This document shows positions 53,463 through 63,650 of a stretch of 64,000 nt of DNA, in pieces (within the stretch, counting starts at the first letter, position 1; each line of letters starts with the position of its first letter). The notes below the pieces were generated by a model that worked only from the letters and a program-made list of their open reading frames with translations, was not told the DNA's origin and did no database searches. The translations under genes were made by a program, and so were the position numbers. This stretch comes from Nitrospirota bacterium. Lineage in GTDB: Bacteria; Nitrospirota; UBA9217. The DNA lies in contig CAVUCU010000004.1 of assembly GCA_963740085.1 (NCBI GenBank), forward strand, positions 608,001 to 672,000, in the 5' to 3' direction.

Positions 53463-54275
53463 TCAATTTGCAAAGTATCGTTCTGGTTCCACCGAATGTC
53501 TGCATTTTCCGCTATCGACGATCAACACAGGTTCTAATTGCAGATAGTGGGTGAATGCGTCCATATCCAGGGTGTTCCGGTCGACAAAGAATACTCTTCC
53601 GCCTCGCGGATCATCCCGTAATTTCAATATCGGAAAACGAACGTAGCCAATGCTCGGGGACGCCACATATCCCGCAATGTAGTCAGTCTCATCGGACCAG
53701 CACAGCTCGGCGACCATGCCGGGCGCATGCGCAACCTTGGTGGCGAGGGCCAGGGCCTCATGCGTGCGAAAATGCTTAAGTCCTGCTGCTGCAAGTTTTC
53801 CGGTTATCGTATCAAGCGCTTCATCGGTCCAATCAAATCTTGATACCCGAACACCCCGCTCGTGGTCCGGTTCAAGCCGTGTTCCCTCTTGCGAATCAAT
53901 TATCATGGCGCCGCGAATGTTACGGCCATCAGGTGTTGCGCCGTTACTGAGAAGATCGATCGCGGCAACGGCAGACCGTTCCGATATTCCTAATGAGCGC
54001 AGTATCCTGGACGCGGCTGAACGCCCCGTGGTCATGTCGGGCGTATTCACGGTCACTACATCGAGCGCGGTCAGCGTCCTGATCGGAACATTTCCAAGAT
54101 CCTCTATGGTTATCACGACCTTGTCCGGAGCGACCCTCTTGCCTCGGGCACGTGTAATGAGCGCCTGCACCGCAGAATCCAGCTTATGCGGAGAAACGAT
54201 CCGCTCGGCGCCGGAGACGTGGCGGTTCCCAGACGATGACCGCATACGGATGCTGTAGAGGAGGTCCTTGTCCAT
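53463..54275 (-). CDS. bioW: 6-carboxyhexanoate (pimelate)--CoA ligase
   Basis: YSIRMRS...HVSGAE, RGA, RGVRV, EAL.LATKV, ELCWSD..Y..GYV, GGRVFF. Confidence 0.9.
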   Translation of the reverse strand: MDKDLLYSIRMRSSSGNRHVSGAERIVSPHKLDSAVQALITRARGKRVAPDKVVITIEDLGNVPIRTLTALDVVTVNTPDMTTGRSAASRILRSLGISERSAVAAIDLLSNGATPDGRNIRGAMIIDSQEGTRLEPDHERGVRVSRFDWTDEALDTITGKLAAAGLKHFRTHEALALATKVAHAPGMVAELCWSDETDYIAGYVASPSIGYVRFPILKLRDDPRGGRVFFVDRNTLDMDAFTHYLQLEPVLIVDSGKCRHSVEPERYFAN

Positions 54276-54279
54276 ATGA

Positions 54280-55263
54280 TCAGTACGTGAGACCCAGATC
54301 CCTAATCATCTTGAGATCGCCTTCCGGGTCCAGTCCAGAGGTCGTGAGATAATTGCCGATCATGAAACCATCGGCTCCCGCAGCGAAGATGAGGGGATGA
54401 AGCCGGCCAAGCGCTGTTCCCCTGCCTGCACAAACGCGTATTTCCTTGCGGGGCAGGACCAGACGGAACAGTGCAAGTGAATGAAGCGCCTCAAGCGGAG
54501 TAATGGAAGCCGTGTTCTCGAGCGGAGTGCCCATGATAGGCATCAGGAAGTTGATGGGCACCGAATCAACATCGATCTCACGCAGGGTAAAGGCCATCCT
54601 GATCCGGTCCTCCATTGTCTCTCCCATGCCGAGGATACCGCCGCTGCACGCGGAAAGCCCCACCGATCGTGCATTCCTCAGTACTTCAAGCCTTTCTTCG
54701 AATGTGTGGGTGGTACAGATTCGCGGGAAATATTCTTTTGAGGTCTCGATATTATGGTGATAGCGCTTAAGCCCCGCATCTTTCAGGCAGGAGAGCTGGT
54801 CTTTTGTGAGCGTCCCAAGGGTGGCGCAGGGAGACAGGCCCGTTTCGCAGACCCTCCGGATCCCTTCCGCGATGTTATCAAGATCGGCGCGTGATTCTAT
54901 GCCGCGACCGCTCGTGACGATGCAGAATCTCTTGGCGCCATTTTTCTTTGCACTCTCAGCCGTACTTGCCATCTGCTCGACAGAGATGAGCGGATAGACC
55001 TTGGCGTCGGTGTGATGATGGACCGATTGGGCGCAATAGGAGCAGTCTTCACTGCATGCCCCTGACTTGGCGTTGACAATTGAGCAGATATCCACTGTTT
55101 CTCCACGGAAATGTCCGCGCACCCTTCCCGCTGCCGCGAACAGGTCCCAGAGATCAGCGCCTTTTGCCTGCGACAGCTCGAAGACTATCCCATGATCAAT
55201 TGAAGTGCCACTCAAAACACTATCAAGGGAGTGTGATATAAGATGTTTCATTGGAATTGGCAT
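54280..55263 (-). CDS. bioB: Biotin synthase
   Basis: NAKSG.CSEDCSYCAQS, YHHNIET, CSGGI.GMGE, SVPIN, GNYLTT. Confidence 0.96.
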   Translation of the reverse strand: MPIPMKHLISHSLDSVLSGTSIDHGIVFELSQAKGADLWDLFAAAGRVRGHFRGETVDICSIVNAKSGACSEDCSYCAQSVHHHTDAKVYPLISVEQMASTAESAKKNGAKRFCIVTSGRGIESRADLDNIAEGIRRVCETGLSPCATLGTLTKDQLSCLKDAGLKRYHHNIETSKEYFPRICTTHTFEERLEVLRNARSVGLSACSGGILGMGETMEDRIRMAFTLREIDVDSVPINFLMPIMGTPLENTASITPLEALHSLALFRLVLPRKEIRVCAGRGTALGRLHPLIFAAGADGFMIGNYLTTSGLDPEGDLKMIRDLGLTY

Positions 55264-55291
55264 GGCTTATCTTTACCTTATCCAAGCGGGT

Positions 55292-55324
55292 TTGTCAACC
55301 AGTAATAGATAAGCAGGTTAACAA
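55292..55324. promoter_or_regulatory. BirA operator (bioO)
   Basis: TTGTCAACC-N15-GGTTAACAA, matching the TTGTaAACC-N14/16-GGTTtACAA consensus, about 30 nt upstream of bioB. Confidence 0.85.
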
Positions 55325-55391
55325 TGAACAAGGTCATTCTGTCAGGAATTCAGGGAATTATAACAAGGCGTGAGTTTCTGTCAGGCGGGGG

Positions 55392-56846
55392 TCATTTCAG
55401 GTCAGCGACTATGGTATTCACTTGTTGTTCCATCATTGATTTGATACTATCCAGGGAATCGGGATCGTTTGCCTCAAATCGCATGACCAGAACAGGCTGT
55501 GTGTTTGAGGCGCGGATGAGTCCCCAACCCTTTTCGAATATTGCACGCACGCCGTCCACGGTTATTACCTCCCGGGGTCTTTGCGAGAGACCATGCCCGG
55601 CGAGAAAAACCTCTTTTGCCTTCTCTACAACCTTAAATTTGATCGTATCAGGACAATCAAAACGTATCTCGGGGGTGTTAAATGTTCTGGGCAGATCGGC
55701 AAGCATCATGCTGAGCGATGCATTGTTACCCTGCGCGGACTTGAGGGTCTTAAGTATTTCCACGATACGGCAGGCGGCATAGATGGCGTCGTCATAACCG
55801 AAATATCTATCCGCAAAGAAAAGATGCCCGCTCATCTCGCCTGCCATGGCAGCGTGAAGCTCTTTCATCTTTGCCTTGATCAACGAATGACCTGTCTTCC
55901 ACATGACCGCATTGCCGCCATGCGCCCGAATGTCATCATACATGATTTGTGAGCACTTGACCTCTGACACGAACGTGGCACCCGGCCTCTCGCGCAGAAT
56001 GTCGCGGGAGAAGATGACCATAAGCTGGTCACCCCAAAGAATATTCCCTTTCTCATCTACGACGCCGATCCGGTCCGAATCGCCGTCGAAGGCAATACCC
56101 GCATCGGCCTTCTCTTTTCTGACAGTATCGATCAAGGTAGCAAGATTTCCGGGTATCGTCGGATCAGGATGATGATTGGGGAACCTGCCGTCCGGCTCGG
56201 AAAAGAGTTCGATCACTTCACAGTCCATACTGCGAATGATCTCTGGTGCTGCCAGGCCTGCGGTACCATTCCCTGAATCGAGAACGACTTTGAGCCTGTT
56301 GCCAGGACTGGAATTGAACTGGTTTTTGAGGAAGTTGATATAATCCGGGAGAATGGGCAAATGAGTGACTGTTCCTCTCTTGTCTATTTTGATACCATTC
56401 TTCTCCCCTGACCCCTGACCCCTGAACCCTGTCCCCTGTTTTCCCGCTCCTTCCATGATCATTCGAATTTTCTGGATCTCTTCACCATAGATGGTTTCCT
56501 TACCCACGCAGAGCTTGAACCCGTTGAACTCCGATGGATTGTGGCTCCCCGTTATCATCACTCCCGCGCCGGTATTCAGGTGATGGAGTGAAAAGTATAG
56601 CGCCGGTGTAGGGCAGAGACCAAGTATCGTAACATCCACACCGGCTATGGTGAGGCCGCGCACGATATCATCGCAGAGCCGTGGCGAGCTTATTCGCGCA
56701 TCGTAACCTACGGTCACGGTGTTTATCCCCTTGAGCAGTATGTAGGAGGCAAAGGAGTTTCCCAGCGCTTCAATCACAGGCGAGGCAAGGTCTCGTTCCG
56801 CGATACCGCGGATATCATATTCCCGGAATATCTCTTTATTTACCAT
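55392..56846 (-). CDS. Phosphomannomutase/phosphoglucomutase (AlgC type)
   Basis: FREYDIRG, TGSHNP, FDGDSDR, GEMSGH, RASNTQP. Confidence 0.93.
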   Translation of the reverse strand: MVNKEIFREYDIRGIAERDLASPVIEALGNSFASYILLKGINTVTVGYDARISSPRLCDDIVRGLTIAGVDVTILGLCPTPALYFSLHHLNTGAGVMITGSHNPSEFNGFKLCVGKETIYGEEIQKIRMIMEGAGKQGTGFRGQGSGEKNGIKIDKRGTVTHLPILPDYINFLKNQFNSSPGNRLKVVLDSGNGTAGLAAPEIIRSMDCEVIELFSEPDGRFPNHHPDPTIPGNLATLIDTVRKEKADAGIAFDGDSDRIGVVDEKGNILWGDQLMVIFSRDILRERPGATFVSEVKCSQIMYDDIRAHGGNAVMWKTGHSLIKAKMKELHAAMAGEMSGHLFFADRYFGYDDAIYAACRIVEILKTLKSAQGNNASLSMMLADLPRTFNTPEIRFDCPDTIKFKVVEKAKEVFLAGHGLSQRPREVITVDGVRAIFEKGWGLIRASNTQPVLVMRFEANDPDSLDSIKSMMEQQVNTIVADLK

Positions 56847-56874
56847 TACCTATCGGCTACCCTTTACTGGAAAA

Positions 56875-58362
56875 TTATTTGCGTGAGATCGTCGGAAGGG
56901 ATTTTTTATTGTTACTGTCATGCCTCTTGTAATCATCCTCAAAACGGACGATATCGTCTTCCTCAAGATATTCGCCATTTTGCACTTCGATGATCTGAAG
57001 CGGGATCTTTCCCGGGTTTTCGAGACGGTGTTTCGTAGACATGGGGATATACGTGCTTTCGTTCGGGTGAACATCGTATATCTTTTCGCCATTGGTCACC
57101 CGCGCGGTCCCTGAAACCACGACCCAGTGCTCGCTCCGGTGGTTGTGAAGCTGATGGGAAAGCTTTGTTCCGGGGTTGATGACGAGACGTTTGATCTTGT
57201 AATGATCGCCTTCTTCCAGGATCGTATATGAACCCCAGGGTCGGTGGACGGTAAGGTGGATCAGGTGCTCGCCGGTTTTGCGTTTCTTTAATTCTTCAAC
57301 CACTTTTTTAACATCCTGTGCCCGGTCCTTACTGCAGACCAGCGTCGCATCCGGGGTATCCACGACAACAACATCCTTCAACCCGATCGTAGCGACCAGT
57401 CGTTTTTCAGCATAAATGATGGAATCGTGGCTGTCAATATCGATGACATTGCCGACTATGACATTTCCTGACGTGTCGCGGTCAGAAACATCGTCCAGCG
57501 CGGTCCAACTTCCCACGTCCGACCAGCCTATGTCAGCGGGAATGACAGCCGCCCGGTCGGTCTTTTCCATGACGGCGTAATCAATAGAGATGGATTCAAG
57601 CCTCTTAAAGACCTTCCTGATCACTTCGGTTTCCTTGTCCGTACCGATGTTCTTCTGGATCTCCATCAATCCCTTGTAGAGAGACGGCGCATGCTTCTCG
57701 ATCTCCCGCAGGAGCACACTTGTCTTCCAGATAAAGATACCGCTGTTCCAGTAGTATTTGCCCTGTTTGAGGTATTCTCTGGCAGTTTCGATGTTCGGTT
57801 TTTCGACGAAGGCTTCCACCGCACATACGCCGCTCTGGTCATCTACCTCTGCACAGGGTTCGCCTGCCTTGATGTACCCGTAGCCCGTCTCCGGACGGTC
57901 TGGTTTGATTCCAAGCGTAACCAGATAATCATCGAAAGCCGCATTTCCTGCCTTTCGAAGCAGATTCAGAAATTCGTCAGCCTTACGGATGGAATGATCC
58001 GCTGAGAACACGACCATAATGCCCTCAGGGTCGATCCTGTTCAGATGGAGCGCGGCAAGTCCCAGGGCAGGAGCGGTGTTCCTGGCCTCGGGCTCGAGGA
58101 TGAAGTTCATATCCCAGGTCTCTCCAAATTTTGCGGAGAGCTGCATGTTGATTGGATCCGACAGGCTGTGGTTCGTTACGACAAAGATATCTTCACGCTT
58201 TATGAGCGGCAGAACACGTTTTACGGTCTCCTGGATGAGCGTATCTTCGGCGCCGATCTTGAGCAGCTGTTTCGGCATCTTCTCCCGGGAAAGCGGCCAG
58301 AACCGCGTGCCCGAACCGCCGGCCATGATGACTGCAAACATATGATGGTTGTCTTTTTTCAA
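56875..58362 (-). CDS. manC: Mannose-1-phosphate guanylyltransferase / mannose-6-phosphate isomerase
   Basis: AGGSGTRFWPLSR..PKQ, RNTAPA, FVEKP, SIDYAVMEK, WSDVGSW, RPWG, EHW cupin. Confidence 0.93.
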   Translation of the reverse strand: MKKDNHHMFAVIMAGGSGTRFWPLSREKMPKQLLKIGAEDTLIQETVKRVLPLIKREDIFVVTNHSLSDPINMQLSAKFGETWDMNFILEPEARNTAPALGLAALHLNRIDPEGIMVVFSADHSIRKADEFLNLLRKAGNAAFDDYLVTLGIKPDRPETGYGYIKAGEPCAEVDDQSGVCAVEAFVEKPNIETAREYLKQGKYYWNSGIFIWKTSVLLREIEKHAPSLYKGLMEIQKNIGTDKETEVIRKVFKRLESISIDYAVMEKTDRAAVIPADIGWSDVGSWTALDDVSDRDTSGNVIVGNVIDIDSHDSIIYAEKRLVATIGLKDVVVVDTPDATLVCSKDRAQDVKKVVEELKKRKTGEHLIHLTVHRPWGSYTILEEGDHYKIKRLVINPGTKLSHQLHNHRSEHWVVVSGTARVTNGEKIYDVHPNESTYIPMSTKHRLENPGKIPLQIIEVQNGEYLEEDDIVRFEDDYKRHDSNNKKSLPTISRK

Positions 58363-58490
58363 GATCGTTCCCTTTCGAAGATGGATAGCTGCATTTATCC
58401 TATTGTTAAAAGGAGGTATAACGCGTAAGTATAATAATATAGAAATCCGCAGTTGTCAACGGAAGTGCATTGCTTATTGATCAGAACTTT

Positions 58491-59642
58491 TTACGATAAT
58501 TCCTGCTTTAACGCCTGGTCAACAAAATCCTTAAATTCCCGCTTAAACCGTTCTTTACCGAATCGTTCCGCGTTCTTTCGCAGATCCCGCGCATCAAAGG
58601 CCTTCTGTACTGTCTCAAAACGTCTCATCGCATCCTGAACAGCCTCAGCCGTTTGCTCATAAAAGAACAATCCAGTTGGCTGTTCTCCTGAGCCCTGACT
58701 CCCGACTCCCGACTGATTGAGCGGTATGACCGTTTCCAGGGAGCCGCCTCTGCCGAATGCTATTACCGGGGTTCCGCAGGCCTGTGCCTCGACCGTAACG
58801 ATACCGAAATCCTCTTCCGCGGCGTAGACAAAGGCCTTGGCTTTTTGCATATACTCCTTCAAAACCGACGACGGCTGATACCCGAGAAGTTCGATATTCT
58901 TCCCGGCCACCGAGCATATCTTCGCATAATCAGGGCCATCGCCTATTACAATCAGCTTTTTATCTGGCATTCGAGAGAACGCTTCCACGAGCAGTTTAAC
59001 TTTCTTATAGGGGACCATCCTGGATGCGGTAAGATAATACTCTTCTTTTTTCGTTGCTGGCACAAAGTTATCAATATCCACTGGCGGATAGATGACTGCT
59101 GCTTCTTTTCCATACGCTCTTTTGATCCTCTGGGCGATATAGTGAGAGATTGCGATGTAGTGATCAACTCTCTTTGCAGAAGTAAGATCCCACTTACGAA
59201 CATAGTTCAGGACAATTCGAGCGATCATTCCCTTCAGCCCCTTGTCAAGTCCCGATTCGTGCAGATATTGTTCACGCAGGTCCCATGCATAACGAATGGG
59301 GGTATAGCAATAGCACACGTGCAGTTGGCGATCATTGGTCAAGACGCCTTTGGCCACGGCGTGCGAAGACGAGATGACGAGATCGTAGGCAGAAAGGTCG
59401 AACTGCTCGATGGCAAGAGGCATGAACGGAAGATAACTGCGGTATTTCTTCTTCGCAAAGGGAAAAGACTGGAGGAACGACGTTTTGACCGGCTTATTAA
59501 GGATGAACGCCCTTTGATCCGGCGGAATAAAATCAAGGAGGCTATAAAGATCCGCATCGGGATATAATATCAGTATCTGTTCCAGTGCCCGTTCCGCACC
59601 GGCATAGGTGACCAGCCAGTCATGGACGATGGCGGTCTTCAC
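58491..59642 (-). CDS. GT4 glycosyltransferase (WbaZ-like mannosyltransferase)
   Basis: HDWL...GAER, Y..TP.RYAW, EDFGI..VEAQACG.PV. Confidence 0.88.
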   Translation of the reverse strand: MKTAIVHDWLVTYAGAERALEQILILYPDADLYSLLDFIPPDQRAFILNKPVKTSFLQSFPFAKKKYRSYLPFMPLAIEQFDLSAYDLVISSSHAVAKGVLTNDRQLHVCYCYTPIRYAWDLREQYLHESGLDKGLKGMIARIVLNYVRKWDLTSAKRVDHYIAISHYIAQRIKRAYGKEAAVIYPPVDIDNFVPATKKEEYYLTASRMVPYKKVKLLVEAFSRMPDKKLIVIGDGPDYAKICSVAGKNIELLGYQPSSVLKEYMQKAKAFVYAAEEDFGIVTVEAQACGTPVIAFGRGGSLETVIPLNQSGVGSQGSGEQPTGLFFYEQTAEAVQDAMRRFETVQKAFDARDLRKNAERFGKERFKREFKDFVDQALKQELS

Positions 59643-59667
59643 TGGCCTTTTACCTCGTGTGGCGATC

Positions 59668-60552
59668 CTATGGTGCGTCGAACATCCACTTCAATGTCTC
59701 CTCAATGGGATACGCTTTCAACTCGCCTACGAAAGATAACAATTTATTATTTGAGCCGATCAGCGTTTTTACCTCGTTCTTACGGACAAAATCGGGGTTT
59801 ATCTTTGTTCTTAACTCATGTTGAGCGATGGAACTCATCTTTCGCAAGATCTCCTTGAGGGAAACTCCCCTACCTGAGCAGATATTAACGATCTCAGAGG
59901 ACGTATTGCATTCCATCAATTCTTTATAGACGGTTGCAACGAACCGCACATCGGAAAAATCCCGCACTACATCCAGGTTTCCGAGCTCGATTTCCTGCTT
60001 TCGTTCTTTAAAATGTTTTACGATCTTCGGAATGAGAAATTGTCCGCCCTGCCCTATCCCGGTATAGTTAAACGGCCTTGTAATCAGGATATTCAGGCGA
60101 TCAAAATAGGTCCTTGCTTTGAACTCCATGGCAAGTTTGCTGATCGCATAATGATTTATCGGAGTCGGGCAAATGGTCTCGTCGATTATGTCCGTTGAAG
60201 GATTCCCGTATACATTCGCGCTGCTTGCCAGTATAATCTTCTCCGGTTTAAGCCCGATATCCAACAGGGCTTTTAAAATATTCAGGGTACCGAAAAAATT
60301 GATGTCGTAAATTTGCCTCACGTCACTGTGCGGGACGAAAGAGATACCGGCTAGATGGATGATATATTCAGGTTTGACCGCATTTAAAGCTGTGGAAACA
60401 TCATCCTTATCAACAATATTGCAGGTTAGATGCTTTTTGTTTCTGCCCGTCGGATAAACGAGCCCGTAGACATCATACCCCGCTTTCAGCAGCAGCTCTT
60501 CGAGATAGACACCGGTAAAGCCGTCGATACCTGTGATGAGGACTTTTTTCAT
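59668..60552 (-). CDS. GDP-4-keto-6-deoxy-D-mannose reductase (Rmd-like)
   Basis: TG..GFTG, HLAGISFV, SSANVYG, YAISK, RPFNYTG.GQ, LGNL...RDFSDVR; downstream of gmd; start refined to 60552. Confidence 0.8.
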   Translation of the reverse strand: MKKVLITGIDGFTGVYLEELLLKAGYDVYGLVYPTGRNKKHLTCNIVDKDDVSTALNAVKPEYIIHLAGISFVPHSDVRQIYDINFFGTLNILKALLDIGLKPEKIILASSANVYGNPSTDIIDETICPTPINHYAISKLAMEFKARTYFDRLNILITRPFNYTGIGQGGQFLIPKIVKHFKERKQEIELGNLDVVRDFSDVRFVATVYKELMECNTSSEIVNICSGRGVSLKEILRKMSSIAQHELRTKINPDFVRKNEVKTLIGSNNKLLSFVGELKAYPIEETLKWMFDAP

Positions 60553-60561
60553 AATAAGGCG

Positions 60562-60603
60562 GTGATGAGTGAAGCGTAATAAGTAATAGGTTATTAGTGA
60601 ATA
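60562..60603. repeat. Degenerate heptamer array (6 x GT(G/A)ANNN), downstream arm of the four-helix-bundle gene
   Basis: gtgatga gtgaagc gtaataa gtaatag gttatta gtgaata. Confidence 0.85.
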
Positions 60604-60996
60604 ACGTTCTTGGTTAGCGAAATAATGAGCCCATTGAGCAGCTTTTTGATGATCGAACACTCATTGATCATCGACTCAACATTAGAAATATATCGCAGTC
60701 GTTCGGCAATGATAATTTGAGTTTCAAGTTCTGATAATGAACCAAGTGCTATATACAGGAACTGGACAAATTCCTTCTTACCGTTACGCGCAGCGCCTTC
60801 AGCAATATTTGAAGGGATGGATACAGCGGCACGTCTCATTTGAGCAGTGATGACCGTATATTTCTTCTTTAGGGAATCTGGCTGTATCTTTATAAATGGA
60901 CTCGACGATATCCATGCTCTTTTTCCACACTTCCAAATCCTTGTGCCCTTTAATCTTTTGTTCTCTATCTGGCCCCAAGTTCCCCTCACTCTTCAC
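60594..60996 (-). pseudogene. Four-helix-bundle protein (23S rRNA IVP / Avd-like family), +1 indel at about 60852
   Basis: HKDLEVWKKS..FPKEEIYG in one frame, ITAQMRRAAVSIPSNIAEG..F..FL.IA.GSL.ELETQ in the next. Confidence 0.88.
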
Positions 60997-61038
60997 CTAT
61001 CACCAATTACTTATCACCCTTTACTCATCACTTATCAC
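60983..61038. repeat. Degenerate heptamer array (8 x NNNT(C/T)AC), upstream arm, inverted relative to 60562-60603
   Basis: ccctcac tcttcac ctatcac caattac ttatcac cctttac tcatcac ttatcac. Confidence 0.9.
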
Positions 61039-61042
61039 GCTG

Positions 61043-62129
<1,087 letters not shown>

Positions 62130-62265
62130 TTAAATCAAAAGAAAATAAGTGTCGACGATAAAGTAAGGCAATTATACTGTACGTTAAATAATTTGTAAAG
62201 ATGTGAATCTCAGACATGAATCTCGGACAAATGCTAATGTTTGGCATCTAGCTGTAATGCAACCC

Positions 62266-62667
62266 CTATCGATCAACGCTGTCTTTACTAAATACAAATC
62301 TCCTGTTCATAACAAAGGTCAATAAGGCCACGGGAGCTAACGTCAATAACCCCCCTAAATAAAGATCTATAGATAACATACTGAAAACTTTCAGACAGGC
62401 AATATTTATTAAGTAGGTAACCGCATAAACAAGAATAAATTTCACGATGAGCGAGTTATTCGCATTCTTGAAAACGATAACGCCTATGGTTTTGAAATTG
62501 AATAGAACTCCCAGGATTGTTGCCGTTAATGTCGCGATCGTATAATGGAGGCCTATAAACAACAGCAGCGCAAAGATGGAGTAACCGAATAAAGCGTTAA
62601 ATAAACCAACGATGAGAAATCTCGCAAAATAACTGTCCCTGAACGCCATTTTAATGAACCGTACCAT
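62266..62667 (-). CDS. GtrA-family small flippase-like membrane protein
   Basis: Four TM segments, RFLIVG..N, F.MNRRFVF. Confidence 0.85.
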   Translation of the reverse strand: MVRFIKMAFRDSYFARFLIVGLFNALFGYSIFALLLFIGLHYTIATLTATILGVLFNFKTIGVIVFKNANNSLIVKFILVYAVTYLINIACLKVFSMLSIDLYLGGLLTLAPVALLTFVMNRRFVFSKDSVDR

Positions 62668-62677
62668 GCTGTACTAT

Positions 62678-63619
62678 TTATATTTCCGGGTCAAAATTTA
62701 TCCGTTCTTTCTCTATGACTAAAGGTCTCTTAAGAACTTGCGTGTGTATTGATCCAATATACTCACCGATAATGCCTAAAAAGAACAACTGAACAGATGA
62801 AAAGAAGAAAAGGCCGATAACGAGCGGCGCCATCCCCAAGGTAAACTTGGCCCAGAATATCAATTTAGCTATAAAGAATATAAATGCTGCAAGCAAACTT
62901 AGCAAAGACAGGAGAAAACCTATCATGGCGGCAAGACGGAGCGGAATCTTTGAATGGTTTGTGATGCCCAACATCGCTATATCATAAAGTGTATAAAAAT
63001 TATTCTTTGTAATTCCTCTTTTCCGGGCGGCCTGATGATAGCTGATCTTTGCGCTGTCAAAACCGATGTCGGATATGAGACCTCGGAAATAAGGATATAC
63101 ATCATTTATTTCCCGCAAGATTTCAATAACTTTTTTATCATATAACCCGAATCCGGTAAAGTTGTCCGTCAATGGTATGTCCGATAATCTATTTATTAAT
63201 TTATAATATAATTTCCTAACAGCAAAGAATACGGAAGATTCCTCACTTTGCATCTTAACACCCATAACAACTTTGTAGCCCTCTTCCCACTTTTTAATGA
63301 AGTCAGCGATCAGAGCAGGTGGATCCTGCAAATCCGAATAAAGTAAAACGACTGCGTCGCCGCGTGATTGAAGTAGTGCATGATGAGGAGAGCGGATGTG
63401 ACCGAAGTTTCTCGAGTTAATGATTATTTTAACTCTCTTATCGCGATGTGCTATTTCTTTCAGGATCTGAACTGTTTTATCGCGTGATGCGTTATCTATG
63501 AAAATATGTTCGTAAACGTAATCAGGGAAAGCATCGAAAACCTCCTTGACTTTTGCGTAGACCAATTCAACATTTTCCTCTTCATTATAACAGGGTGTTA
63601 CGACGCTGATTAATTTCAT
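62678..63619 (-). CDS. GtrB-like polyprenol-phosphate glycosyltransferase (GT2)
   Basis: SVVTPCYNEE, DNAS.D, SRNFG, DLQDPP, two C-terminal TM, GIIGEYIG; start refined to 63619. Confidence 0.9.
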   Translation of the reverse strand: MKLISVVTPCYNEEENVELVYAKVKEVFDAFPDYVYEHIFIDNASRDKTVQILKEIAHRDKRVKIIINSRNFGHIRSPHHALLQSRGDAVVLLYSDLQDPPALIADFIKKWEEGYKVVMGVKMQSEESSVFFAVRKLYYKLINRLSDIPLTDNFTGFGLYDKKVIEILREINDVYPYFRGLISDIGFDSAKISYHQAARKRGITKNNFYTLYDIAMLGITNHSKIPLRLAAMIGFLLSLLSLLAAFIFFIAKLIFWAKFTLGMAPLVIGLFFFSSVQLFFLGIIGEYIGSIHTQVLKRPLVIEKERINFDPEI

Positions 63620-63650
63620 GTTCGAGCTCCCGTAAAGATTTCTAATCTTT

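Noticed and set aside
60594-60996. Diversity-generating retroelement suggested by the Avd-like gene
   Set aside because: No reverse transcriptase and no TR/VR repeat pair in the window.
60562-61038. CRISPR array
   Set aside because: Units are 7-bp tandem and degenerate, with no spacers and no cas genes.
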